Shown: piece after piece, positions 1-13,200 of the stretch
Position numbering within the stretch: the first letter of the stretch is position 1
Layout: the number at the start of each line of letters is the position of its first letter
Assembly: GCA_002633005.1 (NCBI GenBank)
Contig: NMRA01000554.1
Span: forward strand, 218,282-282,281
From: Phoronis australis
Lineage: Eukaryota > Animalia > Phoronida
DNA: 64,000 bases
Reading direction: 5' to 3'
Notes under the pieces: generated by a model
Told to the model about the DNA's origin: nothing
The model's database searches: none
Seen by the model: the letters and a program-made list of their open reading frames with translations, nothing else
Translations under genes and position numbers: made by a program

Positions 1-67
1 TCATGCACAAGAGCTGAAAAGAGGTGATCAGTCAGTCATTTCGCGAATTGACCCAGTCAATTAACTA
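1..67 (+). repeat. Near-identical copy of 2579-2645 abutting the gap
   Basis: tcatgcacaagagctgaaaagaggtgatcagtcagtcattt(c/a)gcgaattgacccagtcaattaacta occurs at 1-67 and 2579-2645 with one mismatch. Confidence 0.9.
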
Positions 68-886
68 NNNNNNNNNNNNNNNNNNNNNNNNNNNNNNNNN
101 NNNNNNNNNNNNNNNNNNNNNNNNNNNNNNNNNNNNNNNNNNNNNNNNNNNNNNNNNNNNNNNNNNNNNNNNNNNNNNNNNNNNNNNNNNNNNNNNNNNN
201 NNNNNNNNNNNNNNNNNNNNNNNNNNNNNNNNNNNNNNNNNNNNNNNNNNNNNNNNNNNNNNNNNNNNNNNNNNNNNNNNNNNNNNNNNNNNNNNNNNNN
301 NNNNNNNNNNNNNNNNNNNNNNNNNNNNNNNNNNNNNNNNNNNNNNNNNNNNNNNNNNNNNNNNNNNNNNNNNNNNNNNNNNNNNNNNNNNNNNNNNNNN
401 NNNNNNNNNNNNNNNNNNNNNNNNNNNNNNNNNNNNNNNNNNNNNNNNNNNNNNNNNNNNNNNNNNNNNNNNNNNNNNNNNNNNNNNNNNNNNNNNNNNN
501 NNNNNNNNNNNNNNNNNNNNNNNNNNNNNNNNNNNNNNNNNNNNNNNNNNNNNNNNNNNNNNNNNNNNNNNNNNNNNNNNNNNNNNNNNNNNNNNNNNNN
601 NNNNNNNNNNNNNNNNNNNNNNNNNNNNNNNNNNNNNNNNNNNNNNNNNNNNNNNNNNNNNNNNNNNNNNNNNNNNNNNNNNNNNNNNNNNNNNNNNNNN
701 NNNNNNNNNNNNNNNNNNNNNNNNNNNNNNNNNNNNNNNNNNNNNNNNNNNNNNNNNNNNNNNNNNNNNNNNNNNNNNNNNNNNNNNNNNNNNNNNNNNN
801 NNNNNNNNNNNNNNNNNNNNNNNNNNNNNNNNNNNNNNNNNNNNNNNNNNNNNNNNNNNNNNNNNNNNNNNNNNNNNNNNNNNNNN
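68..886. other. Assembly gap (N run)
   Basis: 819 consecutive N; the ORFs 24..893 and 61..933 are artefacts of it. Confidence 0.99.
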
Positions 887-2645
887 CTATTAAAACCAGA
901 ATTCTGTAATGTTAAGAGTTCAATCTGAACCAATGTAAGAGTGAGTCAATCTGTGAGCAGCTGATCAAACCACATCGTGATTATGAATGAATGACTGGCT
1001 CACCAGCACAGCACAGCTTGGGCAGCAGAAGCAGATTATCAACCTTTAAGAATTTCTCTGTAATGCAAAACTTTCTTTGCATTAGAAGAATTCCACGGTA
1101 TCGGAAGAATTTCACTGTACTAGGAGAATTTCACTGGCTTGAGAATGTATAAGCAGGCTTTCAAACAGTTTTAGGCAAAAAAGAAGGGGAAAAGAAGGAC
1201 AAATTTTCAAAAAAGTAGGAAGAAAGTAGGAACTGTGAAGTGAAAAGTAGGAACAAGAACAGGCGTTCAGGAGTAGTTTTCATTGATATTTATCAATGAT
1301 GTTCACCTCATGCCACAGACAGTACTAACCATCAGTTGGATAACCAGCAGGTCTTCATTCACCCTTTTGAGTGCAAAAGGTTTGATTGCGCAATTCTATT
1401 GTACATCACCCACCATTGAAGGAAATGGGCGTCTTAAGCTGCACAGGGCTTAGGTCCTGGGGGGGGGGGGTCCAACAGAGAATACGACCCAAAAATCCAT
1501 TTAATTAAAATTTCGAGTGCAACATCCGCTTCAAGTTTATTTCATTCAAATCGACACTCAAATTAAAATGATACGACATAAGATGTGAAAGTGCCTGGGG
1601 TTACTAATTATATGCTTACTAATCAAAACAACCGATTAAAGATTCATTAAACATTTAAGTGCATCAAAAAAATTTTATCCATAAGATTATTAATTAAAGG
1701 CCAATCAACAATTTCTTTAAGTGCAGCAATTTTTTTTTCTAAAAGTTTAGTAACTCTGGACACCACAGCCGCACTCAGCTTCCGACTGGATTTTTCCTGG
1801 GGTCAGCAAATAAGATGGGGGTGTTTGGACCACAAGGGATAATAAGACCCCCAAAAATGAACTTGTATAAAAGAGGAAATAAGACAATTTTGATTACTAC
1901 TATGGATATAACATGTTATTTCAAATAAACAAAAACACATCAGAAGATATGACCAATTTACTCTCAAATACAACAAAAATGAATCAGAAACTAAGTTAAG
2001 ATAACCAAAAATGTCTACTCACTACTCTAAAAACATAACTTAGACAGAAATTTTAGAGCAGTGAGAAAAAAGTAGCAAAAGGTAGGAAAAATTAGGAATT
2101 TCAGAAAAAAAAAATAGAAGTAGGCACACGCCATAAAGTTTACAAAAGCAGGAACGCTTGAAACGCCGACACGTGGCATGACGTATGTATCCCCTAGCAT
2201 GTGCAGTGTGAAAATGGTGAGTTAACGATTTTGGGAACTGAACGAGGGACTACTCGAAGAAAAAGTTTGATAACGGGAGTATTTATTTGAGCTGGAAGGA
2301 ATTAAATACATCGACCGCCTCCTAAGGTGTTCCTCTGTGTGCAAAAGGTACTTCTAACGTGATTTTGATGTTTTAGTCAGTGCGAGGCATAATTCGCCCA
2401 AAAAGCTTCCGGCGCATGAAGTGCCTATAGGAGCTCCATCATCTCTGCTGGCTCTGCCAGCAGCATTGTCTAGAATTTGGGTTAAAAAGGATACTTTAAA
2501 AATGTTCTGGAAGGTTGATTGTATGGCATTGTTTACCATCTACTATATGGCTGTTGATTTACAGTACTGCCAGGTTTGTCATGCACAAGAGCTGAAAAGA
2601 GGTGATCAGTCAGTCATTTAGCGAATTGACCCAGTCAATTAACTA

Positions 2646-3455
2646 CAGTCAAGTGACCTAATTATCGGACGTTTTGGCACATTTTGCATTATATTTAATT
2701 GAAAATACTACGGATTGTTGTAAATTCTTTGGTGAAATAAAGACTTACCTTCACGGAATTGTTCTGTTACTATATTTTGTCACTGAAAGCCACATTTATG
2801 TTCCGACTGATCTTTAAAAAACACAACAAGCAAACCTTCAGAGAACCTAAATATCGGACACCATGTTTCCCCATATGCCACACTGCTGAAAACTGACTAA
2901 CAACGTAATGGCCGCGGGCACCTTGTAGTCAAATTTCAGCTCGCGTGTTTTGACATATATGCTGCTAGAACACAGGTCCATTCACAACAAAATTATCCAT
3001 AAAATGAAATCTGATGACGACGCCAAGTCGTTTCGATGAATTAGTGCAGACGACTAAAGCACGTGCAAAGTCACTGCAGTTTTTGGCTTCTTGATATGAC
3101 ACCCGTACGTGCGCGGTCGGGGTTTGATTTGAGTTTAAAAACAAATGAAAAAATGGAACAGTGACATATTGTCAGTTCAATGAGATGGTTTCGTTGTGGA
3201 AAAAGATTTTATTTTCAACTTTATAACCGATTTATGTGATCGTCCATTTTAGGCCGACTGGGGGGGTCTCAATTGCACCCTCTCGGAGAAATCAAAACGA
3301 GGCAACGCTGTAAAAAAAACGAGACGGTGCCGGACACTGACTGCATTACAACGGAACAAAAACTGGTGTCATTTAATTCTCAGATTATGCTTCAAGTAAG
3401 ATTCTATGAAATGTCCAATATTTAGGTTCCATCCAATAATTAGGTTCACTATGTG
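2646..3455. mobile_element. Non-autonomous TA-flanked DNA transposon (Tc1/mariner-like MITE)
   Basis: TA on both sides (2644-45, 3456-57); imperfect TIR CAGTCAAGTGACCTAATTATCGGA vs revcomp CACATAGTGAACCTAATTATTGGA; its right ~350 bp recurs inverted at 56677-57010. Confidence 0.65.
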
Positions 3456-3816
3456 TAGGCGACCAGGTCAATTTTAAATTACCGTGGCCAATCCTATTCA
3501 GTTCTATTTTTTGGCACACTTGAATATCCCCGATTGATTGTATATTTCTTCGCATGGATAGCTTGTCAAATTCCTTCCCCAACTGATCCAGACCAAGATA
3601 ACTTTTTTCTCCTTCCCAATCAGAAAAATTTACACTACATACAGAAACTTGAGAACCTGCTTCGGCCGCTTGGCTGTGCCTGTGATGTGAAAGATCACTT
3701 GAGTTGAGAAGCCGGATGGACATATTGTATCAAAGTTTTGTGTGATTTACTTCACTAACTTCATATCAATCTGATTTTTTCATGAGAGTAAAGCTTCTTG
3801 GACAATCTGAACTTAC

Positions 3817-3888
3817 CTTATTTTGGCCAAATGTGCGTAAACGCTTAAAAATTGCTTGAATATCAGACTTATTTGGCACATCCCCCAT
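3817..3888 (-). CDS. ARFGAP2/3: ADP-ribosylation factor GTPase-activating protein 2/3, first coding exon (rest of gene left of here, not seen in window)
   Basis: Minus strand reads MGDVPNKSDIQAIFKRLRTFGQNK followed by a perfect AAG|gtaagt donor; closely matches the remembered ARFGAP3 N-terminus ([23 protein letters not shown]). Too short for the ORF track. Exon 2 (CFDC zinc finger) not found in 887-3816. Confidence 0.9.
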
Positions 3889-4156
3889 TATTTCTTTCCG
3901 AGTGATGACGTTATAATGTCACGTGATATATGTGCCGAGGAAATCATCGAGTGACAAAATGATTGGTTAGTTTTCTTTTGTCAGGTCTCAAAGACTGAAG
4001 AAACAACAACTCATCTCATCCAATATAGTTCTCATTTTGAGCCTCCTATCCACGAATAAAAGAAAATAAATGGTCCAAATGATGCTAATAGTTTTTAAAA
4101 ACAACTCCTAACTGGTTATTTGATTAAACTAGATAACCTACAAAAAACCCACAAAA
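3889..4156. promoter_or_regulatory. Compact bidirectional promoter between ARFGAP2/3 and AMN1
   Basis: Only 268 bp between divergent ATGs; contains TGACGT (3906-3911), palindromic E-box GTCACGTGAT (3918-3927), ATTGG (3962-3966) and CCAAT (4020-4024); no obvious TATA box. Confidence 0.7.
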
Positions 4157-4227
4157 ATGGCGGATGGTTGGCTGATCGGAGACTCTCAACATTTGTCATT
4201 CGACATCGTTTCTTCTTTACTTGAGAT
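4157..4227 (+). CDS. AMN1: AMN1 coding exon 1
   Basis: aaaaATGG context; [23 protein letters not shown] + AT|gtaaag, phase 2 fits exon 2. Confidence 0.8.
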
Positions 4228-7200
4228 GTAAAGTGTTCCGTTTTAAGTTGCAATATAGAAAGTTCATAGTTGTAGTCAGACAGGCTTGGTGCAAAGCTGT
4301 ATAAATATGCAGGCTTTCAAATTGGAACTATCTGAGTTAAAAATAGCAAAACAAAAATCAAAGCCAATAAATGTTGGTTGGCAATATTCAATGTCATGAC
4401 AAAACTTAATTTGGTTTTCGCCATGAAAAAATGCCGTTTGTTCATTATTTGGTAAAAGTGGGAGTAAGTGGGTTCCTCTTCAAAATGGTTATCTGGGACC
4501 TGTTGCACTGAATAATGGACATTGCCTTAGCTTAGAGTGAAAACTGGTTCTCAGCAGCCATTTCCACTTTTACCCATTATTCTGCAAATTCAAGATTGTG
4601 GAGTGATCATATGCTCTTACTAAGCACTATTTGAAATTTTCGCCAATTTCTGTTTTCGCCCATTCTTTAATACTGTTTTTTCACAAGACGTACTGCTTAT
4701 ACAGTTCTCTATAAATTACTTTGTTATTAATTTTGAGTTCTGTGGAAATTTTGCATCAGCAAAGTTGTCGTCGTGAGCTCCCAAAAGATGATTCTCTACC
4801 AAACCAAAAATTGAGCAAATGGCGCATGTGTGTGTCACGAGCATACTGTTTTGAAATCAGTGTTTGACTTTTCTATGTTACAAAGTTAAGTGGGAGTGTG
4901 TTTCAGGAAACAGCGTTAATCAAATTGTTATGGTTGTAACGAACAAGGTAGGTGTGTTTTGAATGTCGGAGTTGAAAAAACTAATACACAGTTGGGCATG
5001 CTATATTTTTTGCAAATCTTGTGAGAAGGCTGCCATTGACGTGTTGGCAAACTGAAAAAGCAAGGTTGTCTTAAATTGACAATTTTTTATCCGTTGTTCC
5101 GTAGTTGGGTAAATCCAGGCATGCATTCCACAAGGCCTGAGAGGGAAGACTCTCACTCACAAGAATTCACAAACATATACGAAACAATGAAAATCGGTTG
5201 AAGCGGGAGACGCAGCCAATGCATAGGTCATCCACACAATGCAAGGATTGTTGCATGCCGATTACACATGACTGATGCTTTGTTTATTGCTACCTTTAAA
5301 TCTGTTCGACTTAACTAATATTTACATTGCCTGCGTACGATTTGCTATGTGTAGATGCTGGTGGACCATAGAATCTAATTTGGTTCCGTGATTTTCTGTT
5401 GATAAGCCCATTCGATGAAAAACGCCCATATAGACTTTCCGTTTACACCCTTCCTTTTCCGTGTAAACACCCGGGCATTTATTGGGTGTTACTAAAACAA
5501 TTTACAATTTTCATTTTCCGAATACACGCCCATGGGCTTATCTACGAAAAATCCCGGTACAAAGCGTGTTAACTCGTCAGTTTTCTGATATTGACATTGA
5601 TTTGTTTCAGGTCATTGTTGTGTGTTGTAAAACAGCTTCCAAATTTCATTAATGATTTGGAGAAACTGCCTACTAATGTCAGAGAGAAACTGCTCAACTT
5701 GATAAGCAAAAGAGGTTTGATCACCGACGACAACTTACCTAAGGTATAGACCATGAAATATGGATTAGTTTGGCCAGTTTCATGTAATTTACTGTTTGGT
5801 AATGTTTTCTTTTGCACACCTTTCTCCCATTTCAATGTTTTGTACTGCATCAATAGCCTTAAATCCCATGTTGTTTGTTTATGAGCCTAGCTCTTTTAAG
5901 GAGATTCAGAAGGAATCTTACTTTTTGGGGGTCTTCCTGTGGTTATTGTCTTTTTTATTTTTAAAAAAATTTTTGATTGTGAGTTGTTATTGTTTTGCCG
6001 ATTGCTGAAATTTTCAAGTCTTCATTTTCTCATATATGTTTCAGGTTGTCCACAGCCAGGTCAAAATGCTAGATTTGAGCGAAAGCAGGGTTACCGATAA
6101 TGCTTTTGATTGTCTGAAACACTGCCAACTGCTGAAGAAGATAGACCTCAATTCAGCCAAAGAGAATCGAACAGAAATCACCAGTGTGGGTGTAGAGAAG
6201 CTGGCACTGGCCTGCAAGAATCTGCAAGCGTTGTATCTGCGCCGCTGCGTTAAGATAACGGACACTGGTGTAAAGGCGGTGGCACAGCATTGTCCACAGT
6301 TACAAGAATTGAACATCGGAGGTTGCACCCTGCTAACAGATGTTTCCCTACAGGCTCTCGGAAAAAACGCAAAGTGTTTGAAGAATATCAGGTTTTCATC
6401 AACAAATGCAAGTATTGAAATACTCGAGCATAGTTCTGTATTATTTGTTACACAGTCGTCACGCCTTTTAACTTGAAGTATTAACTTCATCTCATCCGTT
6501 TAAATAAATTTAATTACTGCAAAAATACACACAGTCAAACCTAGTTACAATGCACATCAAGGTAACTGGGAAAGGTGTACGTTAAAGGCGAAGGCAACCT
6601 TTTTTCATGTCACTTTTAGCAAAAATAAGGTCTGTTGATTATCCCAGACATATTTTTCAGTTAATTACAGCTTTTCGTAATTTAATTAATTTCTCGTCCT
6701 CTACTCCGGAAGTGACGTTTTGGGAGGCAAGAATTTCGGGCCAATTTCTTTTCATACAGTCAGACTGTGAGAGCTGTCAAGTCAGTTATTGTTCTACCTC
6801 GGATGTGATAAGTTCGGTCGTCGTTTGCTTTTGTTTACAAGTCAGTCAACATGCCACGCTGTTGCTGCGTACCAGGATGTACTCATTATTGTCTCACACA
6901 CACTTTGGGTACCTTGCATTGCTTTCAAAAGGATGACACACTTCACCGTACTTGGCTACCTCGTTCGTGTGAAGAACGCAGCGTTACCCGCTCACACAAC
7001 GTACAAAGCAGTGGCAAGCATTTTCAGCCGTCAGATTGCGATAGAGATATGTACGCTGAATTGATGAAGGTCCCTGCGAAACAACGCCTGAAGAAGGGTT
7101 CCATACCGTCCCTGCTGATTCCCGGCAGTGCCCCGTCGCCACCCCCGAGAAGTGCGTTTTTGAAGCGAGAAGCCTCGCGAGCTGTGGCCACTATAAACAG

Positions 7201-10200
7201 TGACTGGAGGCACTTAGTCGTCTACTGTCATCCATGCCTCCGAACGTACCCCATAGCGTGCAATTCCAGGAACTAGCAGTGATTCCCTGTGTGTTGTTGT
7301 CTCTAGCCCAGAGCCTGTAAGCAGCCTTGCAGCGATGTTGAGTAGTGAGAGTGAATGCAGGCCCAGTTTGATACCCAGTGAAAAGTATAGTTTGTCATCC
7401 AATGAACAGATCGCTGAGCCTAAGTTTGTTAAGTTTATTGAGGACTTGTATTGGAGCTAGTTAGAAGGTGCCACGTGTGTGACGTGGGAGTCGCATGGCG
7501 GGACTTTGTAAGCAGTTTGGGTGCTCAAGTCACCATCCACTGGTAGTGTGTCGCGGTACACTCGGGCAAGTGGGACAGTTCTTCCCCTGTACGCAAGACG
7601 ATAATGAGTACATCTCGGTAGGCAGCAACACCGTGGCATGTTGACTGACTCGTAAACAAGAACAAACGACGACTGAATTTATCACCACCGAGGTAGAACA
7701 ATGACTGACTCAACTGCTCTCACAGCCAGACTTTATGAAAAGAAATTGGTGCGAAATTCTTGCCTCCCAAACCGTCACTTCCGGAGTAAACGACGAGTAA
7801 TTAATTAAATTACGAAAAGCTGTAAATAAGTGAAAAATATGTCTGGGATAATCAATGAACCCTATATTTGCTAAAAATGACATGAAAAAAGTTTCTTTCG
7901 CCTTTAAAGGAAAGTTCATTGTTACGTGCTGGGTGGACTTAGGTAAAATGGAGACTATTAAGGTTGTATGTTATATCACTGAAAGTTCGAAACAGGGTAT
8001 GTTACATTCAGGTTCAGCTGTAGTGTTTGCAGGTTGGAGGACCAGTCTGCTGACTGGACCCACAAATGGTGTGTCCTTACTTGTTCACCTTAGAAAATAC
8101 TGTGGTTAGACTTCTAATCCACCTCCTGGACCAAGCATCAATAAGCCAGCTCCGTCAAACTTATGAAGACATTGTTGCAACACTGGGGAAGGTTGTAGTA
8201 CTCTAGTGGCATGATTCATGGATACTCAGCCAACTGACCTTTTTGTGTATAGGGATTTGTGATAAATCTTTCATTTTCACCATTGTTTGTTGATGGAAAT
8301 GTAGGCGTTTCTCTGGTTGTCTGCTTGCAGTGACCCACTTACTACATTTCATTCATTCTGGTGTATCTCTGTGAAGGTAAATCATTTGGTACCACAACAA
8401 CTTTGAACAGTTCTTGGTCTCTGGCCGAGTATCATTTTGTTGGATTTACGAGTCTAGTTCCTAGATTTCATACCTGGCTGCTGTGTTTAAAACTTCTGGC
8501 CATAGTATTCGGAGGTCCATCCACAGTATGTCTGACTCTGTATTTTTCACTGTGACAAGAAGTTAAGTGATTTGTACACAAAGGTTTGATATTTTTACTT
8601 GAAATTGAGACTTTGTTTCTCAAATGGAGTAAGATTCATTTTGCGAAAAGTTTTGAAAATAATGATTAATAAAACAGCTTTCTAGTACCCAGTTTTTTGT
8701 TGTTACTGTAGTTGTTGTAAATAGTTGTTGGTGTGCGACTCTAGTCATTGCCGTAGCTTGCTACTCTTCATGTTCATTTACAGGTGACAGACCAAGGTGT
8801 GATCGACTTAGTCAGTGGTGATTGTAATCAGTCACTGGAGGAGATTCACATGGACAGTTGCAAGAGTCTGACCGACGATTCAGTCGAGGCTGTGTGCCTG
8901 TATTGTCAACATATAAGCATCCTACTATTCCATGGCTGTCCACGCATGACTGGTACGTGTCTTTTTATGATTGTTATCTCTTCAAAGGAAGGCACTGCTT
9001 GTTACAAGGGCAATCAACACATTCATGTTGTGAACGTGCAGCTACTTAGAACAGAATATGACAGACATGGGAAATTTCATTTTTTATTTTCCTCATGAGA
9101 TTCCCCAAATATGGTTTCTGTAGGGACAAGACTGTGCATTTAGTGAAATACCTACAAAACTACACATTTTAACTTGGTAAAAGTATATTTTCTGAAAGTA
9201 GAAAGCTTACAGAATTTTCATGCGCCCACATATTTATATGTAGTCGCATATTGCTGTCATCTCTGTCTGGGTGTCCGGAGCTGTATCTCCTAAACCCCTT
9301 ACAGAATCTTTATGAGATTTGGCAGACGTATTCCTATGAAGTTGACGACAGATGACGACCTCTCTGACTACAGGTGTGCAACCTAGTGGCAATTTTAGTT
9401 TTTTACGCCTACCTCTGTATCTTCGGAAGTCCTCAACGGATTTTCATTAAATGTGGCAGTTATGCATGTATTAGTAAGATGATGCTATTCTCCCGTTTTC
9501 TGATACATTCAAGATGTTTTGCGTCACCTAGTGACCATTTTTACTGTTTTCGAGTCTTTTTTGGTGTCCGCCCTTCTATCAATCAAACTGCTCTAGGGAT
9601 GATTTTGAAAATTGGCATTATGTTCTTACTTTGAAAAGGGTGGCTGACGACGATTTTGCGAGGACTTCGACTACTGTCAGTGGCACCTCCTAGTGGCAGT
9701 TATGTTTTTTGCGCCCATAGCTGCATCTCCTAAACACACTGCAGGATGTTTTATTAAATTTAGCAAATGTACTCATATGAAGTTGACAACGGACGACGAC
9801 TTTCAGACGTATCTGACGAANTGGTACCACAACAACTTTGAACAGTTCTTGGTCTCTGTCCGAGTATCCTTTTGTTGGATTTAGGAGTCTAGTTCCTAGA
9901 TTTCATACCTGGCTGCTGTGTTTAAAACTTCTGGCCATAGTATTCAGAGGTCCATCCACAGTATGTCTGACTCTGTATTTTTCACTGTGACAAGGAGTTA
10001 AGTGATTTGTACACAAAGGTTTGATATTTTTACTTGAAATTGAGACTTAGTTTCTCAAATGGAGTAAGATTCATTTTGCGAAAAGTTTTGAAAATAATGA
10101 TTAATAAAACAGCTTTCTAGTACCCAGTTTTTTGTTGTTACTGTAGTTGTTGTAAATAGTTGTTGGTGTGCAACTCTAGTCATTGCCGTAGCTTGCTACT

Positions 10201-13200
10201 CTTCATGTTCATTTACAGGTGACAGACCAAGGTGTGATCGACTTAGTCAGTGGTGATTGTAATCAGTCACTGGAGGAGATTCACATGGACAGTTGCAAGA
10301 GTCTGACTGACGATTCAGTCGAGGCTGTGTGCCTGTATTGTCAACATATAAGCATCCTACTATTCCACGGCTGTCCATGCATGACTGGTACGTGTCTTTT
10401 TATGATTGTTATCTCTTCAAAGGAAGACACTGCTTGTTACAAGGGCAATCAACGCATTCATGTTGTGAACGTGCAGCTACTTAGAACAGAATATAACAGA
10501 CATGGGAAATTTCATTTTTTATTTTCCTCATGAGATTCCCCAAATATGGTTTCTGTAGGGACTTATTGACCAGAGTGTGCATTTAGTGAAATACCTACAA
10601 AACTACAGATTTTAACTTGGTAAAAGTATATTTTCTGAAAGTAGAAAGCTTACAGAATTTTCATGCGTCCACATATTTATATGTAGTCGCATATTGCTGT
10701 CATCTCTGTCTGGGTGTCCGGAGCTGTATCTCCTAAACCCCTTACAGAATCTTTATGAGATTTGGCAGACATATTCCTATGAAGTTGACGACAGATGACG
10801 ACCTCTCTGACTACAGGTGTGCAACCTAGTGGCAATTTTAGTTTTTTACGCCTACCTCTGTATCTTCGGAAGTCCTCAACGGATTTTCATTAAATGTGGC
10901 AGTTATGCATGTATTAGTACGGTGATGCCATTCTCCCGTTTTCTGATACATTCAAGATGTTTTGCGCCACCTAGTGACCATTTTTACTGTTTTCGAGTCT
11001 GTTTTTTTGTGTCCGCCCTTCTATCAATCAAACTGCTTTAGGGATGATTTTGAAAATTGGCATTATGTTCTTACTTTGAAAAGGGTGGCTGACGACGATT
11101 TTGCGAGGACTTCGACTACTGTCAGTGGCACCTCCTAGTGGCAGTTATGTTTTTTGCGCCCATAGCTGCATCTCCTAAACACACTGCAGGATGCTTTATT
11201 AAATTTAGCAAATGTACTCATATGAAGTTGACAACGGATGACGACTTTCAGACGTATCTGACGAATGCTGTGCCCCCTAGTTCCTTTACAGATTTTTATG
11301 AAATTCAATAAATAGTTTCTATTAAAAAGTCCTATTTGTCGACAGCCCCTCATGCAAAAGTGGAACACTCTAAAAACAATTCCTAGCTGTGAATCCCATC
11401 TTTGATATTTTGCTCCTAACTTAGCCATGCTATAAACATTCCCACTAAATAAGATTGGTCCTAACCCCGCTTGTCAAGGTAAACGGTGGGGTTTGGAAAA
11501 TTGAACTAGACCGTATTTATCCACCTTGGCCGAGTCGCGCTCGGCTCACGATCAAAAGGATGCCGCCAAGCTGCTCTCTTCATCGAGTCACGAGCGAGGA
11601 TAATTGGCTACGCTCATCCGGATATGATCAGCTGATTACAATCTAGCTAGCAGACTGTACTTTTTATGGAGAGAGTTTTACGTAGTTTTTACAGTAATAT
11701 TTGAAAAGAGGAGCGAAAACACATATGAGTACAACTTTGAATTTTTCAAATCGGCCCAGGATAAGAGATTTTGCAACACAGCAACACTCACGATTAGTTT
11801 CATTCGGCGCCCACGAATACAAAAATATAGGACCCAAGTTATTTAGATTTTGGAACACATGCATTGCAATATTCAAAATACGTTTGTTATGAATCTTACA
11901 AGCTGTAATTTCATTGTGCTCATTCAATGTCATCCGTCAAATCGGCAATTTCCGAGATGTGATCTGCGGCGTGCGGGTATGTGTACAAAACACGTGATTG
12001 TTATGTTTCTGAAGTACGAAAATTAAGAAACTTTAGCATGCCGTTATTATTGACAGGGACACGATAACACGAAATTGGATTTTGACTATAGTCTTGATAC
12101 AGCGAGCTGGCTGGCCACTGCGTCAGTGTCTCCGTTAGACCCAGAAATTTCACACAGCCCGGGTAGTTCACCTCATCCCCAACATGTAGATCGAGCCTGG
12201 GACTATTAATACTCCATGGTAGAGCTAACGACCGTCGGCCTGTACACACAAAATCTGTGAGTTACCCAGCTCTGACCTTGCACGTGGCAGCCGTTTAAGT
12301 GAAAAACAATCTAGTAAATGCCATTTTCTTGCATAATCCTCCGCCTTTTGTAACAAAAAAGTCTGAGATTTTTCTCGTGTAGTGTGGAGTACGATGTAGC
12401 GCAGATTTGGACTTAATCGCATTTAATCTGGACTCCACATGAACTTTAAAAATTGTAGAACATAAGGAAGATTTCAGGTAATTTGTTGAGTCGAAACTAT
12501 ATTTTTATTCAAGAGTTCAAGTTTTCCTATTGACAATCGCGCCTCAGCGACGCATCATTCGGCAAATTTTCGCCCTGTGATGAGCACAATTTTTTGAAAA
12601 ATTATCGTAATTTAACAACGGAAGTTGATAGCAATGCACCACAATTTTGTAGAAAGACTGGCATAGGCTACAAATACGTCACAGAGCGTAAATTTGATGA
12701 ATCCTAGCTTCTGATTTTACCCGTTTGGGAAACCGGGTTTCAACTGCCGTAGGCTACAATAAGCATCCCGTCCCCGTGAAATGAATTTTTCTAAGCGTTT
12801 ATTAGAGCCAATACAGTATACAGCTTTCCACCAAGGCTAGGTGATGCTACGACATTATTCTTTATTGCATTAGTAACTGGTCTTGGCTAATTATCATTTT
12901 ATGGCCTGGTCATCCATTCAGCCAAAAGTAGTTCCAGAGGTGGCTTATCAGCCAATTATTCACGCACGCTGACTCGCAATAGAAGCCTGATAAGAGTGAA
13001 GGTGGATAAATGCAGTGTTCCTACAGTTTCTTGTGGTAGTGGATGTGTTCACGACAGGGCCAAATTTGGAGATTTTCTAGGGTCATACATAACCTTAACC
13101 ACAGCAACTATCAGACAATGCATTGAGAATTTGTGGGCATTCACAACAATATTGGAAGCTCTGGAATTATGAAAAACTTCAGCTTTAACTGTTATTTTTG

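Larger units (their letters stand above)
8387..11265 (+). repeat. Direct tandem duplication of ~1.44 kb (8387-9820 / 9822-11265) joined at a single N
   Basis: Both copies start tggtaccacaacaac and end atctgacgaa; scattered substitutions and small indels; N at 9821. Confidence 0.95.

Noticed and set aside
24-933. Two ~290-aa ORFs
   Set aside because: They are translations of the N gap.
3385-3723. 112-aa minus ORF in ARFGAP intron 1
   Set aside because: No ArfGAP zinc-finger motif, and it runs into a MITE end.
6851-7276. Host THAP gene (THAP2 neighbours ZFC3H1 in human)
   Set aside because: Lies within TIRs and a TTAA duplication, lacks a zinc ligand and is followed by broken transposase sequence; a transposon relic.
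6532-8020. Older Tc1/pogo-like MITE hosting the Kolobok insertion
   Set aside because: Ends cagtcaaacct / aggttcagctg are suggestive but too degenerate, and the left TA is missing.
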